Below, piece by piece: positions 23,860 to 37,970 of a stretch of 64,000 nt of DNA (position 1 is the stretch's first letter; each line of letters starts with the position of its first letter). A program made the translations under genes and the position numbers. Below the pieces are notes generated by a model. The model was not told where the DNA came from and did no database searches. It saw only the letters and a program-made list of their open reading frames with translations. Source of the DNA: Phoronis australis (Eukaryota; Animalia; Phoronida); contig NMRA01000014.1 in NCBI GenBank assembly GCA_002633005.1, forward strand, positions 295,753 through 359,752. Reading direction: 5' to 3'.

Positions 23860-26415
23860 GTAAGTAATTGGAGGTGTTATTTTAGTGGGAGACATGTGTG
23901 AAGCATAGAATGGTATCCACAATGAGACAAATACAGAGAATAGTTAAGTGACTCTTCAGAGAAAACTGACAATTACACAGCAGCGTTCCATATTTTGTAG
24001 CGGAATGCCACGTTTTAATGACAACAACATTTCGAATTACATGTGGCACTTTAAAATGTGAAGATTACATGAATTAACCGAACATGTACATTAGGACATT
24101 AATGATTCGCACTTTAATTAAATCACAGTGGAGGACCTGTTTAGCTGTGGTCAATTTTAAAATGTGCACCTCTGACCAAAAATTCGAAGTCAAGAAAAAG
24201 CTTTTACCTACATATAGACGTAAGGAAATCTGTTAAACGGGATATCGATTAAAGTTCTTGAACGGACATTCTCGGCGAGAAAGAAATTATCAATAGCGCG
24301 GAATCAAACACACTACCTCAGCAGAAAAATTCGAACACTGTATTGCTGAGCCAGATATCACGCAGTGAACAGCTACAGGTGTAAAGTTTGATTTAGGCAA
24401 TGTCTGGCGAGATATGGCGATGTGTATTAAATTCACAGAAACCCAACGAATTTTGTTCTATTATAGATATGGTCAAAGCTATAATCTCCAAGAAGTCTTT
24501 CTTATTCACCAACAATCCCAAATTTGCGTTCGTTTCTCGGCCGCAAAAACGACAATGTCCATGTAAAACATAAAAAATGACATCTAGGGTGCAAAACTAA
24601 GGATTGTTGAATTTTGCCGCCGCCCGTAACTTAAACAGCTAGAGAAAAGCCAGTGTTCAACTTATCAAAATTATTCTAGTGCATCGATTCAAACGTATTC
24701 TTGAATTAAATTTCATGATATTATTATACGATTTTAGTAGAAAGCAAGATAAGAAACTGGTAACTTTATGAGAGTCTCACACATATCACATGTACGTGTT
24801 GCACATGACTGATACAATGTGTATGGGACAATAACAAATAGTTATTGCACACTGCCACACCGACAGGAGAGTCTAGATGAGTCACATTAAAAATCTGAGA
24901 CACATGGCTGGTCGGCACACCATGTAACGCAGTGCCCCTGTAAAAAAAAAAACAGACAATGGATCAACGCAAAGCTCCGCCCACATATCAGTCTAGTTTG
25001 TTTTAGTCGTCTGTTGTGATTCACAAGTTCGCAAAAGTGATTAAAAGTAGGCTGTAAACAAACACATAAGTATTTTCTAAACATTGGATAAATATCACCT
25101 TTATTTCTATTACATCAACTGAAATTGGGACGTTATGACCGTGCATTCTGCATGAATTTTAACCTCAAGTGGCAAGCAATGCCCACTTAACTTCAAAACC
25201 GTTTTTCCCGGCTCGTGATTTAACGGTGTTGGCAAGAGGCTTGGGCATAAATTTCCGCCACACGTGGGTCAGTTTTCATGAATTTTTCAAATTGGACATC
25301 CACCATAACTGATAAAAAATTGCGTGCCGGTGTTTTTTGATACATGGACTACATTTTTATTTATTGAGCGGAAAGTGAGCAAATGAAAAAGGAGACGTGC
25401 GTACCACAACTCACACGCAAAAAAATGACCATAAGGATTTTTATGCGACTTGGTATGGATAATTAGATTATCGCCTGAGAAACGTTAAGTAGCAATACCG
25501 GTGCATTTAAAAAAACGAGGAAGACGTTTTTTTTTCAGAGTCTTGTCTAACAAGATGTAACCCTTTTTTAGTTGTTAGAGACAGGAACCTGGAGATTTCA
25601 CCAGTGTATACACATCCCTTAATTCTTTATTTCCCATGATATCACAGAACACACAAGTGCCCAGCTTTTTACGCCATGTATACATAGCAAAATTAGGAAG
25701 TATTCCTACTACCTTTGGACATTGCGTTTCACCCAATGGCAACTATAGTTGTTAAAGATTTTGTGAACTTCAAAAAATAACTAGTCGTTTTCTCAGATTC
25801 TATTGCAGTAGGAGTTATAAGTGTTATTTTTGACTTTCAAGAATCCATTTGTTACAGTTACAACCCATTAACTAAACATTTTATGAAAACCCAGACAAGC
25901 GTTTGGGGTTTGATGAACCTACCTGCTGTATGTGGAGACCCCTAAACTGTAATGAAGTGGAAACCTACCCAGCAGTTATCAAGTCAAAGTATTTCCAATT
26001 CTACATAATCTAAGTTGTTAATACTTCATCGATTTTTAGGTGTTGAAAACCCATCAGCGTTAACTTTACTTTCTCAAAACACCCTAAGATTAGTTTCAAG
26101 AAGTTACAGCTTTAAATTTTGTTAAATATATTCGAGCCATTTACCAATATACCGCGCTTAATCCATCCTCTCTAAATCAAACCACGGATTAGCCTTAGGC
26201 ACATGAGTAATTTCAGAGTATACAGGTGGTGTAACCGCTATCCTGGGCACCGGGTTAAAATGGTTGAAATGTTTGCATGACCTGTAAAGCAAGAACTTTA
26301 TAAATACAATGAACCGCTTCATCCTAACCTTACTTCGAATTCGACCATTTTTGATCCGCCCGTATGCACCACTCAATATAATCTAAAGAGGAGACTAACT
26401 CCATTATTATTTCAG

Positions 26416-26599
26416 ATTGAAATCGGGAAAAGTGAAGGACAAGTGTGTTGCGCGTTGGAAGGTTCCGGGCAAGTGTTCGGAGAAGCGCTTTGTCCAGCTT
26501 ATGATACGAAGTAACTCAATACGCGCCTGGGGCAGGGTACGATGTGTGCTCATACAAAAGATGCAGAGGAACTTGGAGATGCACAAAAAGCTCACATAA
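26416..26599 (+). CDS. Terminal exon C of the putative Cys-rich secreted protein
   Basis: Acceptor TTATTTCAG|A completes CGA. Frame LKSGKVKDKC...HKKLT* ends in TAA. AATAAA at 26677. Confidence 0.65.
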
Positions 26600-28227
26600 T
26601 AAGAGTATTGATACGCTTTCAATTTTAAGAATATTTCAACGTGTTGTTTTCTTGACTTAGGTCTGCACGGGAACGAAATAAAACAAATATGCTATACTCT
26701 TATTGTATATTTTAGTTACAATTAAACAATGGAACTTTCTAGTGTGAAGTTCTGCGGTTTCTAGGAATGCACAACAGTTTCGTAAAGCAATCCCGGAAAT
26801 TAAGTCCATAATTTGTCTCTCAATAACAGCGCCCCCTTTTGAATCGGGACGTGGTGTACAGTGACCTCTCTTTTACACCGACACCCCTTCCAAGCGAACG
26901 GCGGGAAATACTTCAGTCATCGACAAAGTCATCGTCCGCCTACAACAAAGCCTAGTCTCTAAGTAAGTGATTTTCTTACTTACGAATCCTGAGATTGTTT
27001 GGTAATAAGTATCTGGGTCTCCCGTAAAAACGAGTTGAAAGGATACCATTGAGAACACCACTGCTGATCGCATGCGTTATAATTGGCTTCATTGGTAGTT
27101 ACATGTATGAGATGTGCTAGCGAGTCAAGCTCAGTTTTCTATCCTACCGGACGAGAGGTTTCATTAATCGCGATATGACCAATTGCATCCTACAGAAAAT
27201 AAAATATGGAATTCCTATATTTTCAGTTATTAGCGGGTTAGTCTGTATGTATTGAACTTAGGCTAAAAAACTCATCCTTCGAGAGAGCAACAGATGCGAC
27301 CAAACATATTTGTGCTTTACAATGCATGTTACACTAGCTTTTCCATTTTGTCACAAAATCAGCTTTTATGGGAAATTCTGTACTCGGTGTCGAGTATTTT
27401 GAATCGAAGCACCGGATCCATGAGTAAATTGAAACATATAATGCTAAGTGACGACTATCATATGAAAGGCTTAACCTAGGAGAGCAACTCACAATTCTCC
27501 GCAAGTTCCCGAGGACTCATCAAAGGAAAACAAGAACGACGAGAATCGTGAGACAACCAGGAAAAATGTGTTGCAGTCTTGGAAAGCCGTAGAACGCGAG
27601 AAGAAATCACCAAGTGAATACATATTCACAATTTGTAAACAAAGGCGGCATTTATTAAATTAAACATTCTGTTGCTTGAAATAAAGCAGATATTTTCAAC
27701 TATTTCGTAAGTTAGCATACGTTGCAAATCAGAGATTAGTTTAATACTTTTTAGAAAACTGAGTGGAATAACCTTGACGTTATTTGCAACAAATAACATT
27801 AATAAAACCAGAAAGTTTTGTTAAGAACAGAACACCTACGGAACTGCTCGTGGGCAACACGTCGTTTGCATCAGTTGCGAGCAACGACTCCTGTAGTGAC
27901 TTGATTAATTGGCACCTGCTCTGTACGTGGAAATGAAGTAAACAAGCCAGAAGTCTCAGCATGAGAAATCGACTGGTAATTACTTTTTGCTTGACCTGAG
28001 CGTACATCCACCTGCACTTTGCACATCCACTTATTTGGTTATTTTTATCAGCCGCTAGGGGACACGAAAGAGTCTTGGTCTGTCGCAGGGATCCCTCCAA
28101 TATCCACCTCATTGTTGATAGCCGTTTTTAAACCATTCAGCAGGGTGACGCCACGGGTCATGCAAAGCAGTATAGGAAATGTTCTGGAGTTTACTGTGGA
28201 AATGGCGACGGTCGACGGCGCCTAATT

Positions 28228-29267
28228 GAACAAAAGCAACGCTGAACGTTGAAATGCGCCCACGAATGCATCGGAATAGGTGTGCTTCTAGGAATGTTTA
28301 TTTGTTTCATAAAAATGGCCACTAGATGGCGGAAAAACGTCCAACCCATCTGAAAACAAAAACATGCCATCACGTCTTTGATAGAAAGCTATTTACCAAA
28401 TTTCCTGAAAATCTTTCAATGAACATCAGAGAAACAAAGGAAAACGGAAAAAATGAAATTGCAACTATGGAGCACAGCATTCGTTGGATTCGCTTGAAAG
28501 ACGTCGTCGTCTGTTGTGAGCTTCATATACAATTACTAAATTTAATAAAGGTCCTGCAGTGGGCTAAGGAGATGCTGGTATGGGCAAAGAAGAAAACAAA
28601 ACTACCACTTACAGGCGCCACAATAGTCGAACTCATCATCGTCAACCGTCCTCTTCGCAATGAGAACATGTATACGCCAATTTTCAAAATCATCGCTTAA
28701 CAACAGACTCGAAAACAGTAAAACTGGCCACCGGGTGGCGAAAACTACGTCGACTCTATCCAAAAACGGGAGGATAGCGTTATCTCACAAGTAGATGCTT
28801 ATATGTTAGCCGTCCTCTTCATAGTAAGAACATACATACCAATTTTCACAATCATCCTTAGAGTTGTGTGGTTGATAGAGGGATGGGCACCAGAGAACAA
28901 ACTGGAAAACAGTAAAAAGGCCACTAGGTGGCGCAAAATACGTCAAACAATCCGAAAAGGGGAGGATATCGCCATCTCCCTAGTAGGTGCCTATATACTA
29001 AGTTTTATGAAAATATGTTGAGAACCTTTGAATACATGTCTACAGAGGTAAACGTAGAACACTAAAGTTGCCACTAGGGGGCACACCGGTTGTTGGATCC
29101 TTCCGAAAGTTAGCTCATGCCGTTCTATTTATGAAAGGAACATATGCTTCAAATTTCATGAACGTACGTTGAAGGGATTTGGAGATAGCGCAGAGGACGC
29201 CGGACGGACGGACGGACGGAGATGACGGCATTATGCGTCCACATAAAAACATGTGGGTGCATAATAA
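28228..29267 (+). mobile_element. Non-autonomous Helentron/HINE-like element (family C), apparently complete
   Basis: AACAA start with subterminal AATGCGCCC, internal sub-repeats containing GCCACTAG.TGGCGC, (GGAC)n at ~29202-29220, and a 3' hairpin TATGCGTCCACAT-aaaac-ATGTGGGTGCATA. Confidence 0.7.
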
Positions 29268-29539
29268 GCTAAAATTATTGAATATTCCCGGGCTTAAACG
29301 TTATTTCTAGATCGAGGTTTTCATTTAGCTCACACAAAAACCAATCATTAGTTGTAGGTTGGTTCGATAGTCCGGCAAACAGCGGGCAAGAGTTCCGAAT
29401 GGCCAATAGTCCGAAAAGCGACGACACTTCGACTCACACAAAAATTGCCATTTTCACACCTTCGTGAATTTTTTGGTGCTTGAAGCCTCCTATTTATCCG
29501 ACATCAGAATACATGATTGCTAATGTGGAGAAGTCTGTT

Positions 29540-29730
29540 GGATTCCGGCTTTATAGTAAATTGAATACAGATGTCAATGCAGTTGATGTGATTAGTAAAA
29601 GTGACGATATCATTTTCCGGGAGCATAACACAAGTGTCATCCACGTACCTAAGCCAGATGGAAGGGGGTCTGGGGGCAGAAGCCTAAGGGGTCTGCTCAA
29701 ACTCGTCCATGCATAAGTCGGCTGATGATT
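29540..29730 (-). pseudogene. Penelope-like reverse transcriptase fragment
   Basis: ADLCMDEFEQ../ASAPRPPSIWLRYVDDTCVM..FTNHINCIDICIQFTIKPE, including the RT catalytic YVDD in Penelope-type context. Confidence 0.85.
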
Positions 29731-29739
29731 TGGTTTTAT

Positions 29740-30225
29740 TTTCTTAAATTGTTAAATGACTGCAGAAAAAATAAATATTTCATATGAGTACTGCCAGAAA
29801 TGGAAATTGTCAACATGTCGAAGACTAAGATACTCGTTTTCAAGAAGGCTGGAAAGTTAGATAGTATGAAAAATGCACGTATGATGAGCAGGGGCGGATC
29901 CAGGATTTTGAGTTGGGGGGCAGGGCACAGGAATAACCAGAATTTCGCCACATGCACGCGTCCAGCCTAAAATTTAGGGATGCAGGGGCCTCGAATATTT
30001 TCGTTCGCGGACCTTATTACTAAAAAAACGGTAAACGGGGTATGTTCAAGGCCTATGCGTTGTGCATCCGCCCCCCGAACCCCCTACTCAGCAGTTCGCA
30101 CCATGAACTCCTATATGGCATCTGGGAGAATTTTAGGGGGGCGTGGCCCCTTTGCCCCCCCCCCCCCNCCCGCCACTGATCAGATACTGTTAATATTGTA
30201 AATGCATATGAATATTCAGATTAGC
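29740..30225 (+). pseudogene. Non-LTR (LINE) RT C-terminal fragment split by a MITE
   Basis: LQKKIN..EYCQKWK/VNMSKTKILVFKKAGKL, continuing after the MITE as NIVNAYEY. Confidence 0.6.
29889..30178. mobile_element. MITE, CAGGGGCGG...CCGCCACTG ends, 5-bp TSD
   Basis: Flanks ATGAG/ATCAG (1 mismatch). Left end identical to the 31587 copy. Confidence 0.7.
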
Positions 30226-30620
30226 AATAAATAAATCAAATAGACGCAGGAATGCCGTGCAGTTACCGACGGATAAGAATATGAAATAGTAAAAATAGTA
30301 AAAATAAACGAGTATATAGACGGATACAAGTAAAATCGCGAACCAACATGGAGAGTAAGAATGGGCCTCAAGTAGTTATAGCTGAGATCTAACAGTATGA
30401 AAATGTGAAATTCCCGATGAAGTAAAGCTAGTTGCTGATCAGCTTAGCTGTGATTCATTTGAGACAGGCAGCTCGTGCCGGCCGTCTGCACTGGCTCTAA
30501 GTTCAAGATTCGTTTTATTGTGATCCAGCATTTTATTATAGTCATTCTTTAAAGGCGTGTTTTTAAAAGGGGAGGTCCCTGGTATAGTGCCTTTGGGGCT
30601 GTTTCAAAATCTATCGTTGA

Positions 30621-30900
30621 ACAGGGGCATAGGAAGCGGGGATCACGGGCCCCCAATTTTTTTCAGGCGTCAGGGTTAAACCGTGTGAACCGACATACTT
30701 GCGGGGCGGGAACTGTTGAGAAAAGAAAGACTTCTAAATGATAAGAGAGTAAACTCAAGAGAATATTTAACAATTCTGTATCAGTGCATGGTTTACCTTT
30801 TGAGAACCCTGGGCAGGACATTGTCGTTTGGGTCTCCGCTTTTGTAGCACAGGTCGTCAAAATGCACTTGGAAACGTGCTAGTAATGATTCATGCATACA
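30621..30900 (+). repeat. End of a CAGGG-terminated DNA element; inverted copy at ~38915-39177
   Basis: GCGTCAGGGTTAAACCGTG...CAGTGCATGGTTTACCTTTT...GGGTCTCCGCTTTTGTAGCACAGGTCGTC matches the reverse complement of ~38915-39177. Confidence 0.7.
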
Positions 30901-31586
30901 TGTATATTTCGAAAAATCTACAAAATTTGTAAAGTGAAGCTTTTTGCGGAGCGTATTAATTTACTGGATTTTTAAAGTCAGTAAGTCAATTTTGCGACTG
31001 CAAAACTATATTTTTCCATAGGCTCCTCTTTGGCAAGGGATAACGGAGACAATTGGCTTTTTTCTCGAATTGTATATCACTTGAGAAAAATTGATGACCT
31101 GACAGATACATGTATAATCAATTGCTGCACATTTCTTGATTTTGGAAATATAGATATTTTCACATAGATGGGCCTCACGTCTGAAGTAACCTGGTTCCCG
31201 GGCCTCACAAGCTGACGTCACGGATAGCTTGGGAAGGCACAGGTACAGCCCACTAGAAAGATGGTTTTCATTGGCTGTAAGCTGGCAATTTTTAAGCAGA
31301 AAGTTGACGTGCGCATGTTTACAGCCGGTAATACGTTATCAAGTCGCTAAGTGACGCGAGAGTTAGTTATTTTGTGACTGGGTTCCGGTTGCGGTCGAAC
31401 GTTACTCTCTGGTGAGGTACCGGTTTATATTGTTATACTATCAATAAACTGAGCTGAAATTCATGTAATTATCGATTCCTTGTTATGAAAATAAACCTGA
31501 ATTAACAATGGCTTCACTCTTTTCACTTGACATTTTTCAGTTTCATTATTTTAACACTTTTTATGAATTGAAAACGTCTCTTACAG

Positions 31587-31728
31587 CAGGGGCGGATCCA
31601 GGATTTTGAGTTGGGGGAGGGGGGCAGGCGCAAAGGCAGATTATTTTGCCCGTCAGACATTCGCACCCCCAAACTGCCAAATGGGATTTGGGAAAATTTT
31701 GGGCCCCCCACCCCTAAATCCGTCACTG
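31587..31728. mobile_element. MITE, CAGGGGCGG ends, 5-bp TSD
   Basis: CAGGGGCGGATCCAGG...AAATCCGTCACTG flanked by TACAG/TACAG. Confidence 0.8.
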
Positions 31729-34700
31729 TACAGTGTTACAGTAGACACTGCTGGTGCCCAATTTCCACCACTTCGCGGCCTACACAGTATTCACTGCATA
31801 GAACACCACAATTTTCTACCCTCCAGGTAGCCACAATTCTCGAGCTACACCTCTCCCTTGTTGCCATAACTTTTTCTTCCCATCTCCCTCTTTGAGGTGG
31901 GGCCCCGCACAACTTGAGGGTCCCAAGCCATTCAGATATCCTCGGGTATATTCGGAGCTTCAAATTTCTCCTTTAAGGTGAATTTAACCTGCGTTGACTT
32001 TCAAACTTAGTGGAGAATGATTAGCCATAATGACCAAAGTTCGACCATGCACTGAAAACAATTGCTTCCAAGAGCATCCAGAATACCTCGTAACCACAAG
32101 TTTCTCTTAATAGGTGAACGCTCTCTACACGTGTGTGGACTTCAGTTAGCCTATTATTCTCTAGACTGAAAATCACGTGACTTCCCATATTTCAGATAAC
32201 GTTCATCTCCGGGAGGATATTTGAGACTACGGAAATATCCGAAGTGTTTCGAAGAAAAATTGTAAATAGGAAAATAGCTGAGGTGCTCTAGATGCTCCGA
32301 CCGTACATTTGTGGCTGCATAAATACGCGACAGGTGTCCTAAATGGGCCCTAGGCTTTAGTTTTATGCATAATCTGGTACTAGAAGAATCTCCACCCATT
32401 TAGACAGTGGCTAAAAAAACATTAGGTTTGTGGTCCGAGGTTTGGAGTTCAATAAAATTGTAGCCTAATGTTCCAAATGTACAATCTCTTTATAACGGTT
32501 AATGCTAACATCTGAATCCTGTAATTCTTGGACAGTTTTCTTTTACTCCCATTAACCTTGAAGAAGTCGGATCAGAGATTCCTGTTGTCAAAAATGAGTC
32601 TGGTGTCCAAAGTTTTAAAGGACTTGCCCAGCTTTTTATAGGCTAAGGAGCAACCTACTGGATGGCACTGTTACATGGCCTACAACATATAGTGCATGGC
32701 AACAATTGGAAACGTCTGTCCGTTTTCCTAAAGGAGACTGGCAGACTTGAAAACTTTCTTCACGAGGAGCCATAATCGGGGTCTCGTGCCTTTGCTCAGG
32801 TGTTTTGTGCAATGGGCCCAACTATGAGGCCTGCGCACGTCTGATGCACAGCAAATGACATCAGACCACCTGCACTGTTTTTTTAAGTTTTAAAAATACA
32901 GGTATCGTATTAAAACCCCTTCTGTAGTAGAAAAAGGGTACCATTTGCAGTGTTTTTAACTTCCGGGGTGAAACCCGTTGTATTCATGGGTAAAAGGGTA
33001 AAAAGTTTGCTTTGGTAGAGAAATTGTTTGATAAAAATCACTCAGCTGACTTGCCTGTCCTGTATAAACCTGTTGGATTGCCTCCTTGGAATGGTTTTAG
33101 GAGGGTACTCTGAGATCCCAAGTATAGTGGAAAGAGCCCTATCCCTATAACTAACATTGCGGGTTGAACGTCTTGGAAAGTACAAGTACAAGCACAATTA
33201 TTGATTTCAGAATGCGCTTTTCAGATGGTGTCTGCTGGCTTCCAGATTTCCTTCGAATTAAATTCTTTAAAGGTGCTATGAATGCGTCTTATGTGAAAAA
33301 GAATAAATTTTGATCTGAACAACGTACCACTTTATACAGGAATTGAATGACTAAAAGAGGAAAATTATTCAGGTGACCTATTGTTTCACAAATAGGCTTG
33401 TGTGATAGAAATTGTTTCGTGTTGTAAAATTTAACTGAAATAAAAGTTTTTGCATAAAAAAGTAAAAACAATGATAAAAAAGAACCTGGAAATGAAATAA
33501 GAGAAAATAAAAAACACAAAATAGGAAATTCTCCAAGAAGAGGAAAATTCCAAGCACTGTATACATGTATATCGCTGTCTGAACTTGTTTCTTAGTGGAA
33601 TTAGAAGAACTCAAATTTTGTTATTGCTTAAAGTCATGGTTATTGCAGCAGGTCTTAAGCAATGACAAACTATCAGTTCAAACGAAGCCAATACATGTAT
33701 GCCACATGGCATCTCTGTAAGGAATAGTACGAGACCAAGAGTCTAAATCACGAGCACACACGTTTAGATTGACACCAGAAACTAGTATCCAATTCCAATT
33801 GCTGGATATGCCAATCTTCATGCGAGCAATTGTGATTAGATTTCTGCTACTATTAAGGCCAAAAACAACATTGTTGGTACAAAACCAATCTTATATTGTT
33901 ACATGACGCTTCTAAAAATAGGTTGGGTTAATAGCAGCTTGAACAATTGTGCACTTTGCTGATTAAAAACTTTTCAACTCAATTTAGTACAGGTGTTTTC
34001 TTATTCTCCACATTGTATTTAAATGCTTTTTGGGCTAAGTAGATTCTATCCCAGTCTTGTATGGATTGATTTAAAACCCTGAAAAGGGATTATGTGATCA
34101 TGTTTTGGGAATACACCTCTTTAGTGATGCTTTCAATCCAAATCGAAATTGTTTTTGTCACTTCCAGTCCACTTTCTCGCGAGTTCAAGACAGTACTTAA
34201 TGACCACTAGATTCGAGCTAAAATTTGAGTAAAAACTCAAGATTCCTAGTAAAACTTCGAACTCTGACTTGAACTTTTAGCTCTAATGCTGGGATCATTA
34301 ATTGCCACCAATAAGCATATAGAATAAAAGAAACGTATCTCGAGCTCAAATAAATGTAGAATAGAAAATAATAAAAATAATCTTTTAGCAAATAGTTAAA
34401 ACCCAGGAGGGCCCAGGTGTTACTTTCATAATTGTCTATGCTTTCACAAGGCAGTTAATGTGCAACTTGAGTGGCAGTCGGGCCTGTAATAACCTATTCC
34501 CCCCAGAACCACTGGTACAGTCAGAACTATTCAATAGAGGTTGCCAAACTTGAAATTGTTGTTGACCAATGATTGTGACTATAATGAGAGGCAACCTGGA
34601 GGCACTGCATGAACAGGGGTCAGGGACAGGGGAACTACGCGAGCACAAAGCTGGATTGAGTTTCTATCAGGGGAAGGGTTTGCAATGAAGAAGGGGTAGC

Positions 34701-35089
34701 CCTGTTGTGCGCCCCACGGCTATGTTAATGTCCATACTTAGTACTTCAGCCTATCCCTAAACTAAATCTTATTATATGATACATTTTGCGTGGTTTAAAC
34801 ATAAAAACTTCTTTAATTATGTCATTGGATTTTTTACGCAAAAATATCATATTCATTACGCCACATCTTAAATGTCAATTGTCATATAGTGTTTGATTTT
34901 ATTTTATTTCTGTTTCTGTTGACAAAGGACGTTATTATTTCCGAAAATTTCAGTTGATCCATTCTTGTTGTTTTATTTACCTATTTATATTCTACATTTC
35001 GTGAAATAACAGTATCCTTGGGAGGATCTGGATCACCTTATTTAGTTTCAGATTTATTTTCTACGTTATTTTGATCAACAAATTCGTTG

Positions 35090-35810
35090 GTTTCTGATTT
35101 ACATGTTTATGCATCTAAGCAAACCGACAGGTTAATAGGTGATTTTTGGCAATTGGAAGCTAATCTTTTAAGAAATGAGGACGATTCAGGAAATTTAGTT
35201 AAAGCCTGAATATGGAAAAAATTATAATCCGGTCCCCAAATAGTAAAGTGCACTTGGACGCATTTTGTCTTTCTAAAATTACTCTCAAAAACATTGATGA
35301 ACTTTGGACACTTCCAAAAAAATACTAACAATTTAAATGACAATAAATGCATTGATTTTTTACTTCGGTACAAGATTTGTTGGCACTAGAAGGGGATCAA
35401 AAAGGAATTAAGTCATGAAATCAAGATAAACGCATTGCTCATGGATTTGATTGTTGATATACATGTTTATGAATCAACGAAAGTGGACTTATTGAGAGAT
35501 GATTTTTTTTAACAATTAGATGCTAATCTTGTAAAAAATTACAATACTTCAATGAATGTCATTGCTGGCCGACATTGGGAAAATTTGATCTATCATCAGA
35601 TCCCAAATATAAAAGTACACTAAAAGATTTTTGTCTATCTGAAGTAAGTCTCAGGGAAATTGATGAATTTCGGACAGCTCAACAATGAGTCCTAAAATAT
35701 CTCACAATTTAAATGACAATAAATTTTTTATTGGGTTAGGAACTAGATGGCTGGGTTTAACTGTAGATCGAAAACGAAGTTTAAGTACTTAAATAAATAA
35801 AATCAAACTT
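35090..35810. repeat. Diverged tandem duplication (~360-bp unit)
   Basis: TACATGTTTATG..GCTAATCTT..CCCAAATA..ATTGATGAA..ACAATTTAAATGACAATAAAT occurs twice in the same order, about 360 bp apart. Confidence 0.6.
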
Positions 35811-35944
35811 ATTGGTCATCAACTTGGAAAGGTTGTGTTTGAACTTCCTTGATGTTTTTTGTTTCCAGTGGTATTGTGCAATGAATTTTTGTTCTTCAAA
35901 ACTGAATCGTTTGCTTGCATTTCCCGTGCATACTACACACACGG

Positions 35945-36170
35945 CATGCGCGCACCCATCCTAAAATAAAGGGGGGCTCGAATTTTTGAGGATATGGACC
36001 TTTTACTAAAAGAATGAATACAGGGTTCGTTCAGGGCTATGAATTGTGCATACGCCGAATCCTGACTTTTTAGTGGACTTTTGTCTCGGTTTTCTCGGAC
36101 TTTTTGTTTCTCTGAGACGGACCTCTTTGCCCACTTTGCTATCGAGCACCCCGACTAAGGTGCGTGCATA
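35945..36170. mobile_element. MITE, CATGCGCGCACCCA-type ends, 5-bp TSD
   Basis: Flanks CACGG/CATGG (CpG-type mismatch). Confidence 0.65.
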
Positions 36171-37244
36171 CATGGAGCACGTCATGACAGGCAAAAAATA
36201 AGGTGTAAACATGCAGTAGGTCTGCTTAGAATCTCAGTTACCCACGGGAAATGAATCAAAACTCCAGACGTTGATGTGTACGTTTTTGGGACACACTCTG
36301 CATTATTTCCACAGCAACTAGAAACTGGACTACCGGGTATGTTTCAAGGGATTCTGAAACGGCCACAAATGCACTCATACCAGGCACCTCGGGACCTCGC
36401 CTTTCCAAAAATTACTTCAAAGAATGGCCATAATAAAATAAAGTTTTCCCGAAACTGAATCTTAATAAAAGGAAGCTTGACCTTCGACTCAGCTATAATT
36501 ACGTCAGGCAGCTCCCAACTACCCGTCAGTGCGCTCGTGGCCTAGACCAATTTTTACTCTCCGTAAATCTTTGTATGTTTACGGTTACTCAAATCCTGAT
36601 GGCTGCAACCCCGGTATTACCCCCACCTATGGCGGACGTGGAGGTGGGGTTCGGTACAAATATGCTGACATCCAGAGAACTGGGGCGTTGACGATAGCAA
36701 GTGTGTAGGTTGTCGATGTCAAATTGTTTTGTGCCCCCCAATATTTTTTTCTTTCCTACTGGCCTGCAACACGACCAGCATGTCCAGTTTCTGGTGGGTG
36801 GGGAAAATGAAACAGGGTTTCTCAAAAATCTACACACTTCAACGCCTGAAGTTCAGTTCCCGTGGATCCCTGAGATTCTGCGCTGACCTATTGCATGGTA
36901 TATCTTATTTTTAACGTGGTTGCACGGGAGTCAGACAAGCAAACAATTTAGTTCTTAAAGACAAAAATCCATTGTTCAATACTACTAGAAAATAAAAACA
37001 CCAAGGAAATACAAAAACAACTTTTCCAAGCAATGAGTTTGATTTTATTTATTTAAGGATTTTTAAAGCTTTTTTCGATCTACGGTTTGTGAGTCTGAAT
37101 TTCATCAATGTCTTTAAGAGTTATTTTAGAGAGGCAAAATCTTCTAAGCGTACATGTACTTTACTATTTGAGGATCGGATTACAGAGTTTTTCAAACTTC
37201 AGACTCCAATTAAATTCACGGAATCATCATCATTTCTAATTGTC

Positions 37245-37970
37245 TGTCAGAATATAGACTGACACTGTTTTTAGTTGTATTGTTTTGTTTTGTTTTGTTA
37301 TTTTGATTGATTGGCATGACCCCTGAGTTAAGTAAAATGATGATGTAATTTGTTTACTGCAGAATAGTATGGAACTTTCTAGAAGACTAAGGTCAGAACA
37401 GTGATGATGTCATTTATTCACTGCAGTATAGTGTGGAACTTTCTAGAATGACAATGATTAATGCAGTCTGAAATATTCTGTAGAATAGTATATGTTTGTA
37501 GAATGATTGGGTAGATTCAGGAAAGTTCTAGAATGTGCTTGAATTGATATAAAGTTCCAGAACAATGCATTAGGCTATAAATACACAAGCACGGGTTTGT
37601 GTTAGGGAGATCAAATCAGTTCAAGAAAGTTAATCAGGAGAATTGCAGTTGAGTTGCAGTGAAGAGAATAAGAAGTTACAGCGACAGTCAATAGAGAGCC
37701 AGCTATAGAGACAGCAGGTTATTGAATCGACGAGTGTAACAGTTGCTGAACGTGTCTCAAAAGTTCATCACAAGTCAAGGCTTCGCAGCACTGGCAGGAG
37801 CATAGAACGGACATTACGTCGGACGTTTTGTTTGAGTACGCTTGTAAACATACTGTCGGGATTAATAAAGGATTAACTCGAACCAGTCTTCAGTCAATCG
37901 TCGCACCTAAAGCTATTACCACAGGTCTGTAACAACCTGTGCCCACCCACACACAAGGAAAAACGTGACA
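37245..37970 (+). mobile_element. Solo LTR of the Gypsy family at 10.6-13.3 kb
   Basis: TGTCA...TGACA ends, exact 5-bp TSD TTGTC (37240-37244, 37971-37975), colinear with the reverse complement of 12518-13264. Confidence 0.93.

Noticed and set aside
34440-34720. Possible Penelope RT relic on the minus strand (LVNNNFKFG)
   Set aside because: Single short motif with no flanking RT motifs recoverable.
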